58,093 nt of DNA. Origin: an uncultured virus (IMG/VR IMGVR_UViG_3300043773_000315). Taxonomy: Duplodnaviria; Heunggongvirae; Uroviricota; Caudoviricetes. Position 1 is the first letter of the stretch. The number at the start of each line of letters is the position of its first letter. The notes below the pieces were generated by a model. The model searched no databases. It had not been told where the DNA came from and saw only the letters and a list, made by a program, of their open reading frames with translations. Below, in pieces: positions 28,529 to 38,551 of the stretch. The translations under genes were made by a program, and so were the position numbers. The stretch lies in IMG/VR virus record IMGVR_UViG_3300043773_000315; one strand, given 5' to 3'.

Positions 28529-28946
28529 TTTTCTTCTCTTCTTTTACTCGTTGAAGCAATTCGGCTGTGCTGCCAACAAAGACTGCCTTTTCTACTGTTA
28601 CAGTCGTTTCTTCTTTCTTGCCATTATCTTTTAGGTCTTTTGTTTTCTTTTGCAAATCATATAAGTCTTTTGTCGTATCTGCGATAGTCTTCATCATCGT
28701 GGCTAGAACTTCGTATGCGCGTGGAGATTCTGACTCTTTGGCCAAATCAGTCAAACTTTCCATCGCTTGATTACCTTTGTTTATCAAGTCACGGAAAGTT
28801 CTGCGAGAAAGATTGTAATCTGCATCCGCATCATTTGGTTCGTGTGGAGTATTGACTATAACTTCCTGTTCTTTCTTAGGCGGTATAATCTCTACAGCAT
28901 TTTCTATACCAAGAGCGTCACTTAATGCATTATGTGTTTTACTCAT
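28515..28946 (-). CDS. gp16: Terminase small subunit
   Basis: DADYNLSR, AKESESPRAYEV, VFVGSTAEL. Confidence 0.93.
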   Translation of the reverse strand: MSKTHNALSDALGIENAVEIIPPKKEQEVIVNTPHEPNDADADYNLSRRTFRDLINKGNQAMESLTDLAKESESPRAYEVLATMMKTIADTTKDLYDLQKKTKDLKDNGKKEETTVTVEKAVFVGSTAELLQRVKEEKKNENL

Positions 28947-29946
28947 TTATTTCTGGCCATTCCTCAATTTGCACATCATATCCATAATCGTCTCCTGGTT
29001 GAGCAGTGATTGGATCAGGTTCAATTGTAATCTTAGACAGCTTCAACGGTGATATGTCAAAACTATCTATCTGATATCTAGCATTAGATGATAGTGCGCG
29101 AATAGTATTGTCTATCTTGAATTGTCCTTGAACTGCGCCCAATGCAAGTTTTCCAGTATTTGCTGTCCAACTCAATATGACTCCATAAGCATTCGCACTC
29201 TCATAACTGCTACCTTGATAAGCAATATCTTCTTGCTGAAATGTTCCGCTATTTCCAGAAACAAGATTCATGCGCGTGACATAACCTGCTTTCAAGGATG
29301 GATCGTTGAATATGTTTGCGATGACCTTGCGGATAATCTTTGGATTTGTTACTGGTCCATAGAAATGTGCCTTCATCGTAAATGTAAGAGTCCATGTTAC
29401 AAATCTTACAGCATCAAAGTTGCCTTCATGTTCTATGTTGTTTGTAACTGTGTTAAGAATGATAGGCACATCTTTGAGAACACCAAGAGATGAAACAGGA
29501 TCAATTGTGGCTGTATAGTCTGGATTGAAATACGGCAAAATTTGTTCTATAATTTGTGTGCCGTCATCAATATTTCTAGCATACAAATTGAGTTCAAACG
29601 TCAAATCATACGGAACAGCCATATAAGATGACTTAGCTGATGTACTAGAATTACCTTTAGCCATCTTTAATAGTGAGTTTTGCTTTCTTGTTGCGTCATA
29701 GGCTATTCCAGTTAATTCAAAAGAAAGTCTTGGAAGTCTTACTTGAATTTGTCTCTGTAAGTCTGGATCAGCACGAAGGCGAGACACATACTTTTCTTTT
29801 GGCGCATATGTGATAGGCACTTTCATGCGTTCAATCTCTGCACCAGTATCCTTGTTTGTTTTTACCAGTGTGATGTTATTGAACATTGTACCAAAAAGCA
29901 CAACATATTTTCTTGTTAGTTTATGATAGAAATGTGTTCCGAACAT
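28939..29946 (-). CDS. gp15: Tail sheath stabiliser/terminator
   Basis: FYHK..RKYVVLFGTMFNNI, VPITYAPKEK, LPRLSFE, QIIEQILPYFNP. Confidence 0.95.
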   Translation of the reverse strand: MFGTHFYHKLTRKYVVLFGTMFNNITLVKTNKDTGAEIERMKVPITYAPKEKYVSRLRADPDLQRQIQVRLPRLSFELTGIAYDATRKQNSLLKMAKGNSSTSAKSSYMAVPYDLTFELNLYARNIDDGTQIIEQILPYFNPDYTATIDPVSSLGVLKDVPIILNTVTNNIEHEGNFDAVRFVTWTLTFTMKAHFYGPVTNPKIIRKVIANIFNDPSLKAGYVTRMNLVSGNSGTFQQEDIAYQGSSYESANAYGVILSWTANTGKLALGAVQGQFKIDNTIRALSSNARYQIDSFDISPLKLSKITIEPDPITAQPGDDYGYDVQIEEWPEINE

Positions 29947-30818
29947 TATGGCATTCCAAATGGATTGATTTCTGATAGGTCTATAAACAACGCGGCCTCA
30001 GTCTGTATTTCTTTGTTGTCGTAGTCATCATAGAATGTATAATCACCAAGAATATCTGTAGATGTTACAACATAGAGAGCATTAGATGTATTGCCTCTTA
30101 GATTTGTGGCTGTAGCAAATGTACCTACAATATTGTGTAGTGTTAGAACTTTTGATATTGGATCAAACTCTGTTACTATTGCTTTTGTATTCGATGTTGA
30201 TACATTAGAACCTTGATAAACAAGTTCTCCAGATAGATAGTTGCCAGAACCTGTGCCAAGATTTAACTGTATAGTATATGATGCATCTTTCTCAACATCA
30301 TCAATTTCTTCCACTCCAGTGTCAAAGTTTTCATCAGAGAAGCGGAACAGTTCGCAGCGCAGTTCGTACATGTATGGATTACGTTTGCCGATTGAGAAGA
30401 AGTTTAGTTCTTCTTCAACGAACTTGATTTCAAATATCTTACGCATAACCGGAACGTAAAGCAAGTCGCCTTCGCGCGGTCTATCAGCAATATTTGTGGG
30501 CACATATTTGTTAAATGTGCGAGTTGAAACGACAAAGTTGGAAGTATCTCGAATCTCTAGACCGAACTTGGAGAAGAAGTCGCCATCGCCTTCGTAGCCT
30601 TCTACGTTAGCAAGATAGACTTCCATCGAATATGCGCGAGTAAATCTGGCATTTATAGTTTCGCCATATATCTCATCATCGCCGTTATAGGAATCACGCG
30701 GAATGTAGAAGCAGTCATGACCCATTATCTGGATAGACTCGACAATCAAATCTTCCAATAGTCTCTGTTCGTTAATAACGCCGACTGAATAGTTGTTGAA
30801 ATATACGGACGTTGCCAT
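29946..30818 (-). CDS. gp14: Neck protein
   Basis: EQRLLEDLIVESIQIMG, FFSKFGLEIRD, RPREGDLLY, SEINPFG. Confidence 0.95.
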   Translation of the reverse strand: MATSVYFNNYSVGVINEQRLLEDLIVESIQIMGHDCFYIPRDSYNGDDEIYGETINARFTRAYSMEVYLANVEGYEGDGDFFSKFGLEIRDTSNFVVSTRTFNKYVPTNIADRPREGDLLYVPVMRKIFEIKFVEEELNFFSIGKRNPYMYELRCELFRFSDENFDTGVEEIDDVEKDASYTIQLNLGTGSGNYLSGELVYQGSNVSTSNTKAIVTEFDPISKVLTLHNIVGTFATATNLRGNTSNALYVVTSTDILGDYTFYDDYDNKEIQTEAALFIDLSEINPFGMP

Positions 30819-30819
30819 T

Positions 30820-31560
30820 TTATCCTACAAGAAACTGTGGTGGTTCTTCGAATGTATCACGAATCAACTGTTCTAGTTCTGTTATCTCTGCCGCAGCCTC
30901 TTCATATATCTGTTGACCATTCATCATGATACCGCCTGGTAGCTGCATACCCTGATACTTCTTTAAGTTGTTACCCCACTGGCGCTTGATATATGCTGTG
31001 GCCAGTTTCTTGAGCATACGGTCGTTGTAAATCTGCGGATATGTGTCAGGATCGATGATGATCCAACCTTCGATGACTGCCCATTCACCAGCAGAAATCG
31101 TTGCCCAGTTCATATCAATATACAATTTATCGGTATGGCGGTTAAAACGTACTGGAGTCTCACCAGAGAACAGCATGTCCAGAGTACGAATGTGCTGCAT
31201 GGTTAGAGCATAGTTCACGTAGGATGTGCTTGTAAAGTCATAAAGTTCATGGAGACGCAACTGATAGCGCAGGTCGAACATATTGATAGTGGCATTTGAC
31301 GAGGAAATAGGAAAGATACGAGTGACGCCAATGATGTTGTCTGTGATAGGAATCCAACCGTTGTCTATATTTTCTTGGGTAAACTGGTGCTTTAGATACC
31401 AACGTTCTACACCATCAAAGTGGAACTGCTGGATATACTGAAAAGCTTCGTCAATACGGTCTTCCACCTGGTCGTCATCCACGTTGATTTCGATGACCGG
31501 ATGACCCAATTGACGCAAACACCAATCTTTTAATTGCTCTCTGGATGCTGGAACTGCCAT
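30820..31560 (-). CDS. gp13: Neck protein
   Basis: LRQLGHPVIEINVDDDQVEDRID, KRQWGNNLKKY.GMQLPGG. Confidence 0.95.
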   Translation of the reverse strand: MAVPASREQLKDWCLRQLGHPVIEINVDDDQVEDRIDEAFQYIQQFHFDGVERWYLKHQFTQENIDNGWIPITDNIIGVTRIFPISSSNATINMFDLRYQLRLHELYDFTSTSYVNYALTMQHIRTLDMLFSGETPVRFNRHTDKLYIDMNWATISAGEWAVIEGWIIIDPDTYPQIYNDRMLKKLATAYIKRQWGNNLKKYQGMQLPGGIMMNGQQIYEEAAAEITELEQLIRDTFEEPPQFLVG

Positions 31561-31588
31561 TTATTATCTTCCTATAGGTTTGCATATA

Positions 31589-31596
31589 TATTTATA
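31589..31596 (-). promoter_or_regulatory. T4-type late promoter
   Basis: TATAAATA upstream of gp13. Confidence 0.75.
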
Positions 31597-31616
31597 ATAT
31601 TCGTGTGGAGTAAAAA

Positions 31617-32207
31617 ATGATTGAAGATTATGTAAAATTTGGTAAATTGTCCAATAAAGAACTATCTATAGTTCTAAAAGAAAGTGAAAAATATAAGAAA
31701 AATGCATTTGCTGCCTCACTTGGTGCTGTCAATAAAAAAAAGGAATTAATAAAGTACAAAGATGAAAACTTTAGAAAATCTAACATATATTTTCCAGCAC
31801 CGCAAGAAGCCCATAGAACTTTCAACATCATTCAGTCTCTTATAATCCAAGAATTTGCGGGCAAAAAACTAGACGTTGCCCACATATCAGAAGTACAGTT
31901 TGTTCACTATCCGTTGGGCGGCAAATTTGATTGGCATCAAGACATTTTGGGCATGAGACCTGGTGAAATAAAAACTCGAGGATTAACATTTTCGATGAAC
32001 TTGAGTGATCCAAATGAATATGATGGCGGAAACTTGACTCTAAAACTTACCGAAGATAAAACTATGAGTCTGGGTAGAGAAAAAGGCTCTTGGATTGTTT
32101 TCCCGTCTTTTATTAGACACAGAGTAGATGAAGTCACTAGAGGTTCAAGAGAGGCCATAGTTGTCTGGTCGCATCTGACTATGCCTGAAATACAATCAAT
32201 GAAATGA
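31617..32207 (+). CDS. 2OG-Fe(II) oxygenase (prolyl-hydroxylase/PKHD-like)
   Basis: Y..GGKFDWHQD (HxD), LSDPNEYDGGNL, VFPSFIRHRV..VTRGSR; GGAG SD. Confidence 0.9.
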   Translation: MIEDYVKFGKLSNKELSIVLKESEKYKKNAFAASLGAVNKKKELIKYKDENFRKSNIYFPAPQEAHRTFNIIQSLIIQEFAGKKLDVAHISEVQFVHYPLGGKFDWHQDILGMRPGEIKTRGLTFSMNLSDPNEYDGGNLTLKLTEDKTMSLGREKGSWIVFPSFIRHRVDEVTRGSREAIVVWSHLTMPEIQSMK

Positions 32208-32884
32208 AACTTACTCTAGGAACAACGTATTACAATTGTCCAGATATACTTGAAAAGTTTATTGATCATCATATAAACTATTTTGATGAGATTATTGTAA
32301 TAGATGACGGATCATCTATTCCAGCAGAAAAATATCTTAAATCGAAAGATAAGATAAGACTGTATCGTGTTCCTATAGACTACGGCTTCAATAGTCATGG
32401 ATGTAGAAATCTCATTATGAGGGAAACTTCGACTGACTGGACAATTTTATTTGATGTTGATAGATTGATTGTTGATCCTAAGTTTGCCGTCGATACTATC
32501 AAAATGAAAAAACTTAGAGAAAACACACTTTATCTTTTTGAAATGTTTTCAGATTACGATAATCCAGAAACAGTTCATCCATCTGTCAATGAGTTTCTTG
32601 TACATCGTAATCACTTTTGGAAAGCGGGAGGTTACGATGAAGAACTTATTGGAATTAGAACAGGAGACAGAGAGTATAGAAAACAACTGAGTCATTTTGG
32701 TAAAGAACAAATACTCCATGGACTTCACGCAAAGTTTATAAGAGGTTCAAGTATGTCATTGAATATTACATCACCAAATGATAAAAACATAAATAAAAAA
32801 CTTATAAATCTTGTTAAAAAAAGAATAATAAAACCTGATCAAAATAAAAAAACTTTAACTTTTGAGTGGTATAAAGTTTTTTAA
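32204..32884 (+). CDS. GT2/GT7-like glycosyltransferase
   Basis: IIVIDDGS, GCRNLIM, FDVD (DxD), GGYDEE..G..GD. Confidence 0.85.
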   Translation: MKLTLGTTYYNCPDILEKFIDHHINYFDEIIVIDDGSSIPAEKYLKSKDKIRLYRVPIDYGFNSHGCRNLIMRETSTDWTILFDVDRLIVDPKFAVDTIKMKKLRENTLYLFEMFSDYDNPETVHPSVNEFLVHRNHFWKAGGYDEELIGIRTGDREYRKQLSHFGKEQILHGLHAKFIRGSSMSLNITSPNDKNINKKLINLVKKRIIKPDQNKKTLTFEWYKVF

Positions 32885-32929
32885 CGTTTGATAATAATTA
32901 TGTTCTGATCTATTATGCTTGAACTACTC

Positions 32930-33910
32930 TCATCTTTTGTAATCTTTCAGGTTAAAGTTGGTACCCTTCATCTTATTGATATGCACCAAGTCGTTATTTT
33001 TCCACACTAGAACTTCGTTGTCTTCATAGAGAAAATCACAGTCTTTGCAGAATGGCACTTCATCAAATCTCTTTTCGGTATGCATCTGACGAAGCCATCT
33101 ATATCTCTCACCATTCCATACGCTTTCAATAGATTGATTATCAATCGATCCTAAGTCTGCTTCACCATCTCTACCTAAAGTCTGACAGCAAGGAGCAATG
33201 GACAACTTAGTACCATTTGTTCCGCCTGCTCTTACGGTTAAATCTGGTGAGAAAGGTCGACCACAAGTCCTCTTCTGACCCTTTCGTTTATAATCTGGAT
33301 CATATACACCTGACCAGTTATGCATTTTCCATATCTCAGCATATGTGCTTGCCGGCTCAATAAAGTTCTTGCGATACTGCTCTACTTCATAATCAATATT
33401 GTCATTGTCTAGAATTAAATGATAAGAAGCAACGATTGTTTCCGCTTCTGTGCCTTCAACATATCTTTGCATCTCGGTTGCATTTTTGAGAAGCAAATCG
33501 AATGCATCTCTGGCCATCCACTCTTTATACTTTTCACGATTGTATCCAATGATAGAGAACCGAGCAAGAGCAAGACCAGCATCTACGCACTTCTTCATAA
33601 AGTTGCCGCGCAGATTATATCCATTAGTATAGATAAATGGCTTTGCATTATACTTGCGAACGATCCGAATATAATCTGGAAGATTGGCGTTTAGTGTGGG
33701 TTCGCCTGATCCTTCCAGATTGACAACATTGAGTCCGTATTCAGCACACTCGGCCACGACTCGCTCAAAGTCAACAAGAGACATTTTCTTGAGCCAATCT
33801 TTACCGCGACCAGATGTTTGCGGACACATGGCACAAGTATAGTTACAGCCGCCGTTAACTTCTATTACTGCTCTGTCTATAGATAAAGGTATTGAATAGG
33901 GGATGCTCAT
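32930..33910 (-). CDS. Radical SAM enzyme with SPASM/Twitch domain
   Basis: CNYTCAMC, GSGEPTL, TNG; C-terminal CGRPF...PCC...CKDC. Confidence 0.92.
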   Translation of the reverse strand: MSIPYSIPLSIDRAVIEVNGGCNYTCAMCPQTSGRGKDWLKKMSLVDFERVVAECAEYGLNVVNLEGSGEPTLNANLPDYIRIVRKYNAKPFIYTNGYNLRGNFMKKCVDAGLALARFSIIGYNREKYKEWMARDAFDLLLKNATEMQRYVEGTEAETIVASYHLILDNDNIDYEVEQYRKNFIEPASTYAEIWKMHNWSGVYDPDYKRKGQKRTCGRPFSPDLTVRAGGTNGTKLSIAPCCQTLGRDGEADLGSIDNQSIESVWNGERYRWLRQMHTEKRFDEVPFCKDCDFLYEDNEVLVWKNNDLVHINKMKGTNFNLKDYKR

Positions 33911-34652
33911 CTGCTTTCATCTTTTCACTGAGATATTTTTGATGCTTTAATCTAATCAAATCTACTTTTGCTTTTGCATCTACTAGCAAAGTGTCTACTC
34001 TATTATCTATGAACTCGTCAGCATTAGACAAGAGAATAGCCTGCGGCACAAGAATATTGTTCAGCCATTTTCGGTCACAGAATACAAACAGCGGTTTCCA
34101 CATAAACTTAAACAACTGGTGTGCAAGACCATCGTAGCCAATACCGAACTCACATTTATTGATAATTTCTATTGCTTCTTTTACAGGTGTTCTATACGTT
34201 ATTTCTTCTACAACATAATCGGAAAGTTTTGCCCTGATATCATTCCATCTTTTATTGACTGGATCTTTCCAATGACCAGGAAAAGAAATGTTGAAGTCTG
34301 TTGTCCATATCGCTACGTGCTTCTTCTTAGTTTGATCTGGCATGTCTGTATACCAGAGTCCGTGCATAGGATTAAACTCATCTAATTGATTATAGAAACG
34401 AAAATTAGGATTTGCGTTGAATTGATGACTTACTGATACCTGAGGAAGTTTACTCATAATGCTGTAAATGTAATCACACCGCTCAACTATCGTTTCTGGA
34501 TCAAGCGGTGAGAACATATGTTCTTTAGAGTGATTCCAATGAAACTCTATATGAACTGGCGTCTCATACTTGATTGCTGATCCGTGTGCATATCCTAGAC
34601 CAGTAACAAAGTCGCCATATCCAACACCTGTTCCCCACTTAACTTCAAACAT
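33855..34652 (-). CDS. Putative GT-B (GT9-like) glycosyltransferase
   Basis: GVGYGD N-terminal motif; INKCEFGIGYDGLAHQL...KP resembles GT9 nucleotide-binding motif. Confidence 0.55.
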   Translation of the reverse strand: MFEVKWGTGVGYGDFVTGLGYAHGSAIKYETPVHIEFHWNHSKEHMFSPLDPETIVERCDYIYSIMSKLPQVSVSHQFNANPNFRFYNQLDEFNPMHGLWYTDMPDQTKKKHVAIWTTDFNISFPGHWKDPVNKRWNDIRAKLSDYVVEEITYRTPVKEAIEIINKCEFGIGYDGLAHQLFKFMWKPLFVFCDRKWLNNILVPQAILLSNADEFIDNRVDTLLVDAKAKVDLIRLKHQKYLSEKMKADEHPLFNTFIYRQSSNRS

Positions 34653-35329
34653 TACTGGCTGAGAATATCATCATGATCATAATCGCCGCCAGTAATTTCA
34701 TCAATCATGTTTTTCCACATTTCTTTTTGATCAATTATCCAAGCAACAGAGACCCTAACTCTTTTTGTTTTTGCCATATGCCAATATACACGCTCAGGTT
34801 CTTTTCTTTGATCTGGATAGTATCCAACTTTTACGTTCCAACCAGGTCTGTCAAAAATTGTTTTAACAGATTTTGTTTTATAATCCCAATAACTAAAACC
34901 TCCATCACCATCTAGACTATAAGATACTAAAAGATTATATCCAGGAGCATTTCCATTATGATGCCATCCAATAAAGCCATCTTCAGGATAGTACATCGAT
35001 AACGCTTCTCTCTCAGTGCCTAAAGTTCTACCCAATCTTTTTGTTGTTTTTTTTATTTCGTTTGCTGTAACACTGTTAGGATCAATGCCCTGTAAGATTG
35101 TTTCTATGGTGCATCCTCTACATGCTCTAGGATATCTATAGTCTGAAAGTTTAAGTTTGAATGCTTTGAGTAGATATTCTTCTGATGTTGGATGACAATC
35201 TGTAATTAAATTATCGACCCTATCTCGACATTTATTCATCAGACTCTTAATATCATCGCTGTAAAACAACTCAGTTGTACGTGAGAGTAGTTTTTCCAGG
35301 CGAGGGTTTTTCAATTCGATGCTTTTCAT
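34652..35329 (-). CDS. Putative double-stranded beta-helix (2OG-Fe(II)-like) oxygenase
   Basis: YYPEDGFIGWHHN...WHMA...RVSVAW: HxN...H...R pattern. Confidence 0.6.
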   Translation of the reverse strand: MKSIELKNPRLEKLLSRTTELFYSDDIKSLMNKCRDRVDNLITDCHPTSEEYLLKAFKLKLSDYRYPRACRGCTIETILQGIDPNSVTANEIKKTTKRLGRTLGTEREALSMYYPEDGFIGWHHNGNAPGYNLLVSYSLDGDGGFSYWDYKTKSVKTIFDRPGWNVKVGYYPDQRKEPERVYWHMAKTKRVRVSVAWIIDQKEMWKNMIDEITGGDYDHDDILSQ

Positions 35330-36101
35330 CGTTTATGCCTTTCTCAATAATCTTCCATGCATTTCCCATTTTTCTCCAAGTACCTTTGTCGATCTGTGTA
35401 ATAACTGGAGATCCATCTAAATCTTCACGTAAATCTTGTGATGTTGTATTCCATCTTCTAGATAAGATATCGATCTTCAGTTTGTCAAATCGTCTATACT
35501 CTTCAAATAATCCGCATGTCATTCTCCACAGTGTAAACATATCAAACTGCTGCCATTCTTGATAGTGAGTGGCTGAATGTGGCCATGGAGTTGTTATCTG
35601 CTTAACATAATCGTCAAACCAAGTCTGCATGAAATCTATATTCAAATCTGTTTTGTGATATCCCCACATAGAACCATGATACTTTGGAATATGTTTTCTA
35701 GCTTTATCTATGTAAGTCCATTTGATACTGCCTACGGTATAAAGAAGATTACTTCCACAAAACAGATCACAATTATCCAAAAAATTAAATATCTTGGAAA
35801 CATCTCTATGACGAATTAATGAGTCGCAATCATTATATACTGTTCTCTTGTATGGCGTTCTTGCCATTGCCCACATCTTAGTTCTAACGTGAATTGGAAT
35901 TTCAACAATCACATTATCAAAGATTTTGCAACGATCATCACAAAACTTCTCATGAGTAAACAATGTCACATGTGTTTTAGGCGAAAAGCTTTTTAATGAT
36001 TCACAAGATAATAACGCAAGTTCGTAGTATAGTCTATTGTTTGACGCTACATAAATAAATCCATTATCGCTTAATACATTATTGTTATAGTAAATTTTCA
36101 T
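35271..36101 (-). CDS. GT8-like nucleotide-sugar transferase
   Basis: GFIYVAS, SLK, K.WAM.RTPYKRTVYNDCD (DxD), DMFTLWR, RWN. Confidence 0.75.
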   Translation of the reverse strand: MKIYYNNNVLSDNGFIYVASNNRLYYELALLSCESLKSFSPKTHVTLFTHEKFCDDRCKIFDNVIVEIPIHVRTKMWAMARTPYKRTVYNDCDSLIRHRDVSKIFNFLDNCDLFCGSNLLYTVGSIKWTYIDKARKHIPKYHGSMWGYHKTDLNIDFMQTWFDDYVKQITTPWPHSATHYQEWQQFDMFTLWRMTCGLFEEYRRFDKLKIDILSRRWNTTSQDLREDLDGSPVITQIDKGTWRKMGNAWKIIEKGINDEKHRIEKPSPGKTTLTYN

Positions 36102-36613
36102 GCATTATTATCTGTTGAACTAGTTGCATCTTCAAACTCTTTGTCTTCAATTTCATCAAAAATTGTTGTTATGGTTTTGCCAGTTCTTTGCATGTAAGAC
36201 ATGAATACTGTGCTTGCCGCAATTTGCAAAAGAGTTTCGTTTGGCGCTCTTCTGATAGAAGCTTTTTCTTCGTCTGTTAACTCATCAACAAAAGGAAGAT
36301 TGAAGTAATATAGTTTCTGGTCAAACAAGCGACGAAGCAACTCATTTTCAATTGAGGCTCTTTTCTTTTTTTCAAGTCTTTCTGCTTCTTGAATCTTCAT
36401 AGTTTCAATATTGTTTCTTCTTCGACGCATGGCCTCTACATCATGTTCTGCAACTATTCTATCCCAAAACTCATTTATCCCAGATTGTCTATTTTCTGGA
36501 ACTTTAAATTCTGCTACAGTTTCTTTGCCGTTTTCATCTTCTAGAATCATTTTTACCCGAGTTTTTTCTAAATCAATAAACTCTGGGTTCTTAATAATTG
36601 GATACGTAGTCAT
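36098..36613 (-). CDS. Hypothetical protein, possible fibre assembly chaperone (start revised to MTTYP)
   Basis: Beta N-terminus plus coiled coil, resembling the layout of tail-fibre assembly proteins. Confidence 0.45.
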   Translation of the reverse strand: MTTYPIIKNPEFIDLEKTRVKMILEDENGKETVAEFKVPENRQSGINEFWDRIVAEHDVEAMRRRRNNIETMKIQEAERLEKKKRASIENELLRRLFDQKLYYFNLPFVDELTDEEKASIRRAPNETLLQIAASTVFMSYMQRTGKTITTIFDEIEDKEFEDATSSTDNNA

Positions 36614-36640
36614 TTTTTTACCCGTCAATAGTTGTTTCTG

Positions 36641-37162
36641 TTATATTTTTACAATCTCATATTTATTGCCTGTAAATACGACATCAATAGGTATCTTATT
36701 TACGTTGTACTTTTTTATTTTTTCTAACCACCAATCTTTAGACTGTATGGTTACATGGACGTTTTCGCCAGTTGTGAAAAAAGTTCCACCAGTTATCATA
36801 CAAATAGTGAAGAACACAAATTTTTTAGCCTTACTGAATATGTTTGCAAATACAAGTTCAAGTTTTTTTTCCGGAACGTGTTCTAAAACCTCTACACATA
36901 TTACACCATCAAATTCTTTATTTGGCAATATGTTATAAGGTTCATAATATGGATCGTAACACTCTACTTCTATACCCCAATATATATCTAATTTTTGTTT
37001 GCTATATTGTATACCTTTACCGCTGCCGTAATCCAAAATAGTTTTGCTTCTAGTTCGTTTAATGATATTGTAAATCAAGTTTCTAAATTCATATGTAGAA
37101 TGACCATCAAACTTCCAAGGTAGTTTATGAAATCTAACATATTCCGCATCAAAGTCTATCAT
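36641..37162 (-). CDS. Class I SAM-dependent methyltransferase (start revised to MIDFDAE)
   Basis: ILDYGSGKG, YDP, FDGVICVEVLEHVP, H.T.....WW. Confidence 0.88.
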   Translation of the reverse strand: MIDFDAEYVRFHKLPWKFDGHSTYEFRNLIYNIIKRTRSKTILDYGSGKGIQYSKQKLDIYWGIEVECYDPYYEPYNILPNKEFDGVICVEVLEHVPEKKLELVFANIFSKAKKFVFFTICMITGGTFFTTGENVHVTIQSKDWWLEKIKKYNVNKIPIDVVFTGNKYEIVKI

Positions 37163-37163
37163 T

Positions 37164-37877
37164 TTATTTTTTCCTGATAGACACGATATACTCAAGGGTC
37201 GAAACATCTTTATTTTTTAGTGTTCGTTTTAGTCCAGAGTTATCGTGATTATATATTTTGATATCACGGAATTCATTTTTCATCGATTCAATGACGTTAG
37301 ACAATTCTATTAATTTATCTTCTCCATATCTATGACCAATATCTTCAATAAAATATAATCCGTTATTTTTTAGATATTTCCAAGCACATTTGAATGTTTC
37401 AATCTGAGACTTTGGGTTATGATCTCCGTCATCTCTTATGACATCAAATTTTTTTCCATAAAATTGTAACCAGTTATCTTCTCTTGTACTATCTAAGTTG
37501 TATAGTCTGGCTTTTCTAAAAAGAGAATGTTTCCGTTTTATATTATCTCGTTGTTGTATTATAGAAGGATTCCAATCATTGTCAATACCATAAATAGTTG
37601 CATTCTCGAAATATTTTTGCCAGGCATAGATACCATATCCTTCTTTTATGCCTATTTCTAGAAAGTTTAATTTGTCTTTTTTTATGCTTTTGAAATATTG
37701 AGTGTATACTCTATCATATCCTCTCCATCCGGCCCTATCAGTTTCGTTAGGATTTCTTTCTGGAAAATTCTGTCTTCTAGTGTATTCATTATGTACAGGA
37801 TTGTAATTAAGATATTCTTTCAATTCAAAATCAGAAAGAGGCAAAGTATCAAAGTGTTTTGTGTTATTAAATATCAT
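37164..37877 (-). CDS. SAM-dependent O-methyltransferase-like protein (sugar O-methyltransferase type)
   Basis: FLEIGI..G, W..YF.NA.IYGID, DS, FDVIRDDGDH, L..NGLYFIED. Confidence 0.8.
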   Translation of the reverse strand: MIFNNTKHFDTLPLSDFELKEYLNYNPVHNEYTRRQNFPERNPNETDRAGWRGYDRVYTQYFKSIKKDKLNFLEIGIKEGYGIYAWQKYFENATIYGIDNDWNPSIIQQRDNIKRKHSLFRKARLYNLDSTREDNWLQFYGKKFDVIRDDGDHNPKSQIETFKCAWKYLKNNGLYFIEDIGHRYGEDKLIELSNVIESMKNEFRDIKIYNHDNSGLKRTLKNKDVSTLEYIVSIRKK

Positions 37878-38551
37878 ATTTTTATAAACTTATGGAATCT
37901 ATCAGAATCAAATAGTTCTGGATTTGATGTGCAATAATGTTCTATTGTGCTTCCATATTTTTCAGACATAACTTGATCTGCCGCAGCTTTGTACTTTTTA
38001 TGTTTTTGATTAACATGCATATTAATCATATTGTTTTCTACGGCACATTTTTCTAGAAATGCATATGGGCCGCAACCTACCATTGTTGTCTTCATATACT
38101 CTACGATAATTTTTGCATACCAAGGAAATATAACATAGGCTCCAGTTGACGCTTTATCATAGAAAATTATTCCATAATTCATATCAAGCCAAAGATTTTC
38201 TGGATGAATTAGATATGAATCGTGCTCTAATACTAAAACAGGTAAATTTTTTTTAATACATATTTTCCAAATCATATAATGACTATAAAAACACGATTTT
38301 TCGGTGTCTGTTATTTCAGCTTGAATATTCAAATTTGTATATTTTATCTGTGTCGAATATGGATGCCATTTTATGTGATCTAGATTTGGTAAATCTTTAG
38401 GAACAATCGCATTAAACTTCTTAACATCTATACCATAATTTTCCCAACTTTTCATACAATAGTTGGCATAATACTCAGATGCTTCATTGTCTTTTATAAC
38501 AATCATATAAGAGTCTATAAATTTAGGAAACGTCAAGCAATTCTTCTCCAT
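37874..38551 (-). CDS. GT25-like glycosyltransferase
   Basis: FNAI, EKSCFYSHY.IW......PVLVLEHD, GAYVI.P. Confidence 0.8.
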   Translation of the reverse strand: MEKNCLTFPKFIDSYMIVIKDNEASEYYANYCMKSWENYGIDVKKFNAIVPKDLPNLDHIKWHPYSTQIKYTNLNIQAEITDTEKSCFYSHYMIWKICIKKNLPVLVLEHDSYLIHPENLWLDMNYGIIFYDKASTGAYVIFPWYAKIIVEYMKTTMVGCGPYAFLEKCAVENNMINMHVNQKHKKYKAAADQVMSEKYGSTIEHYCTSNPELFDSDRFHKFIKI

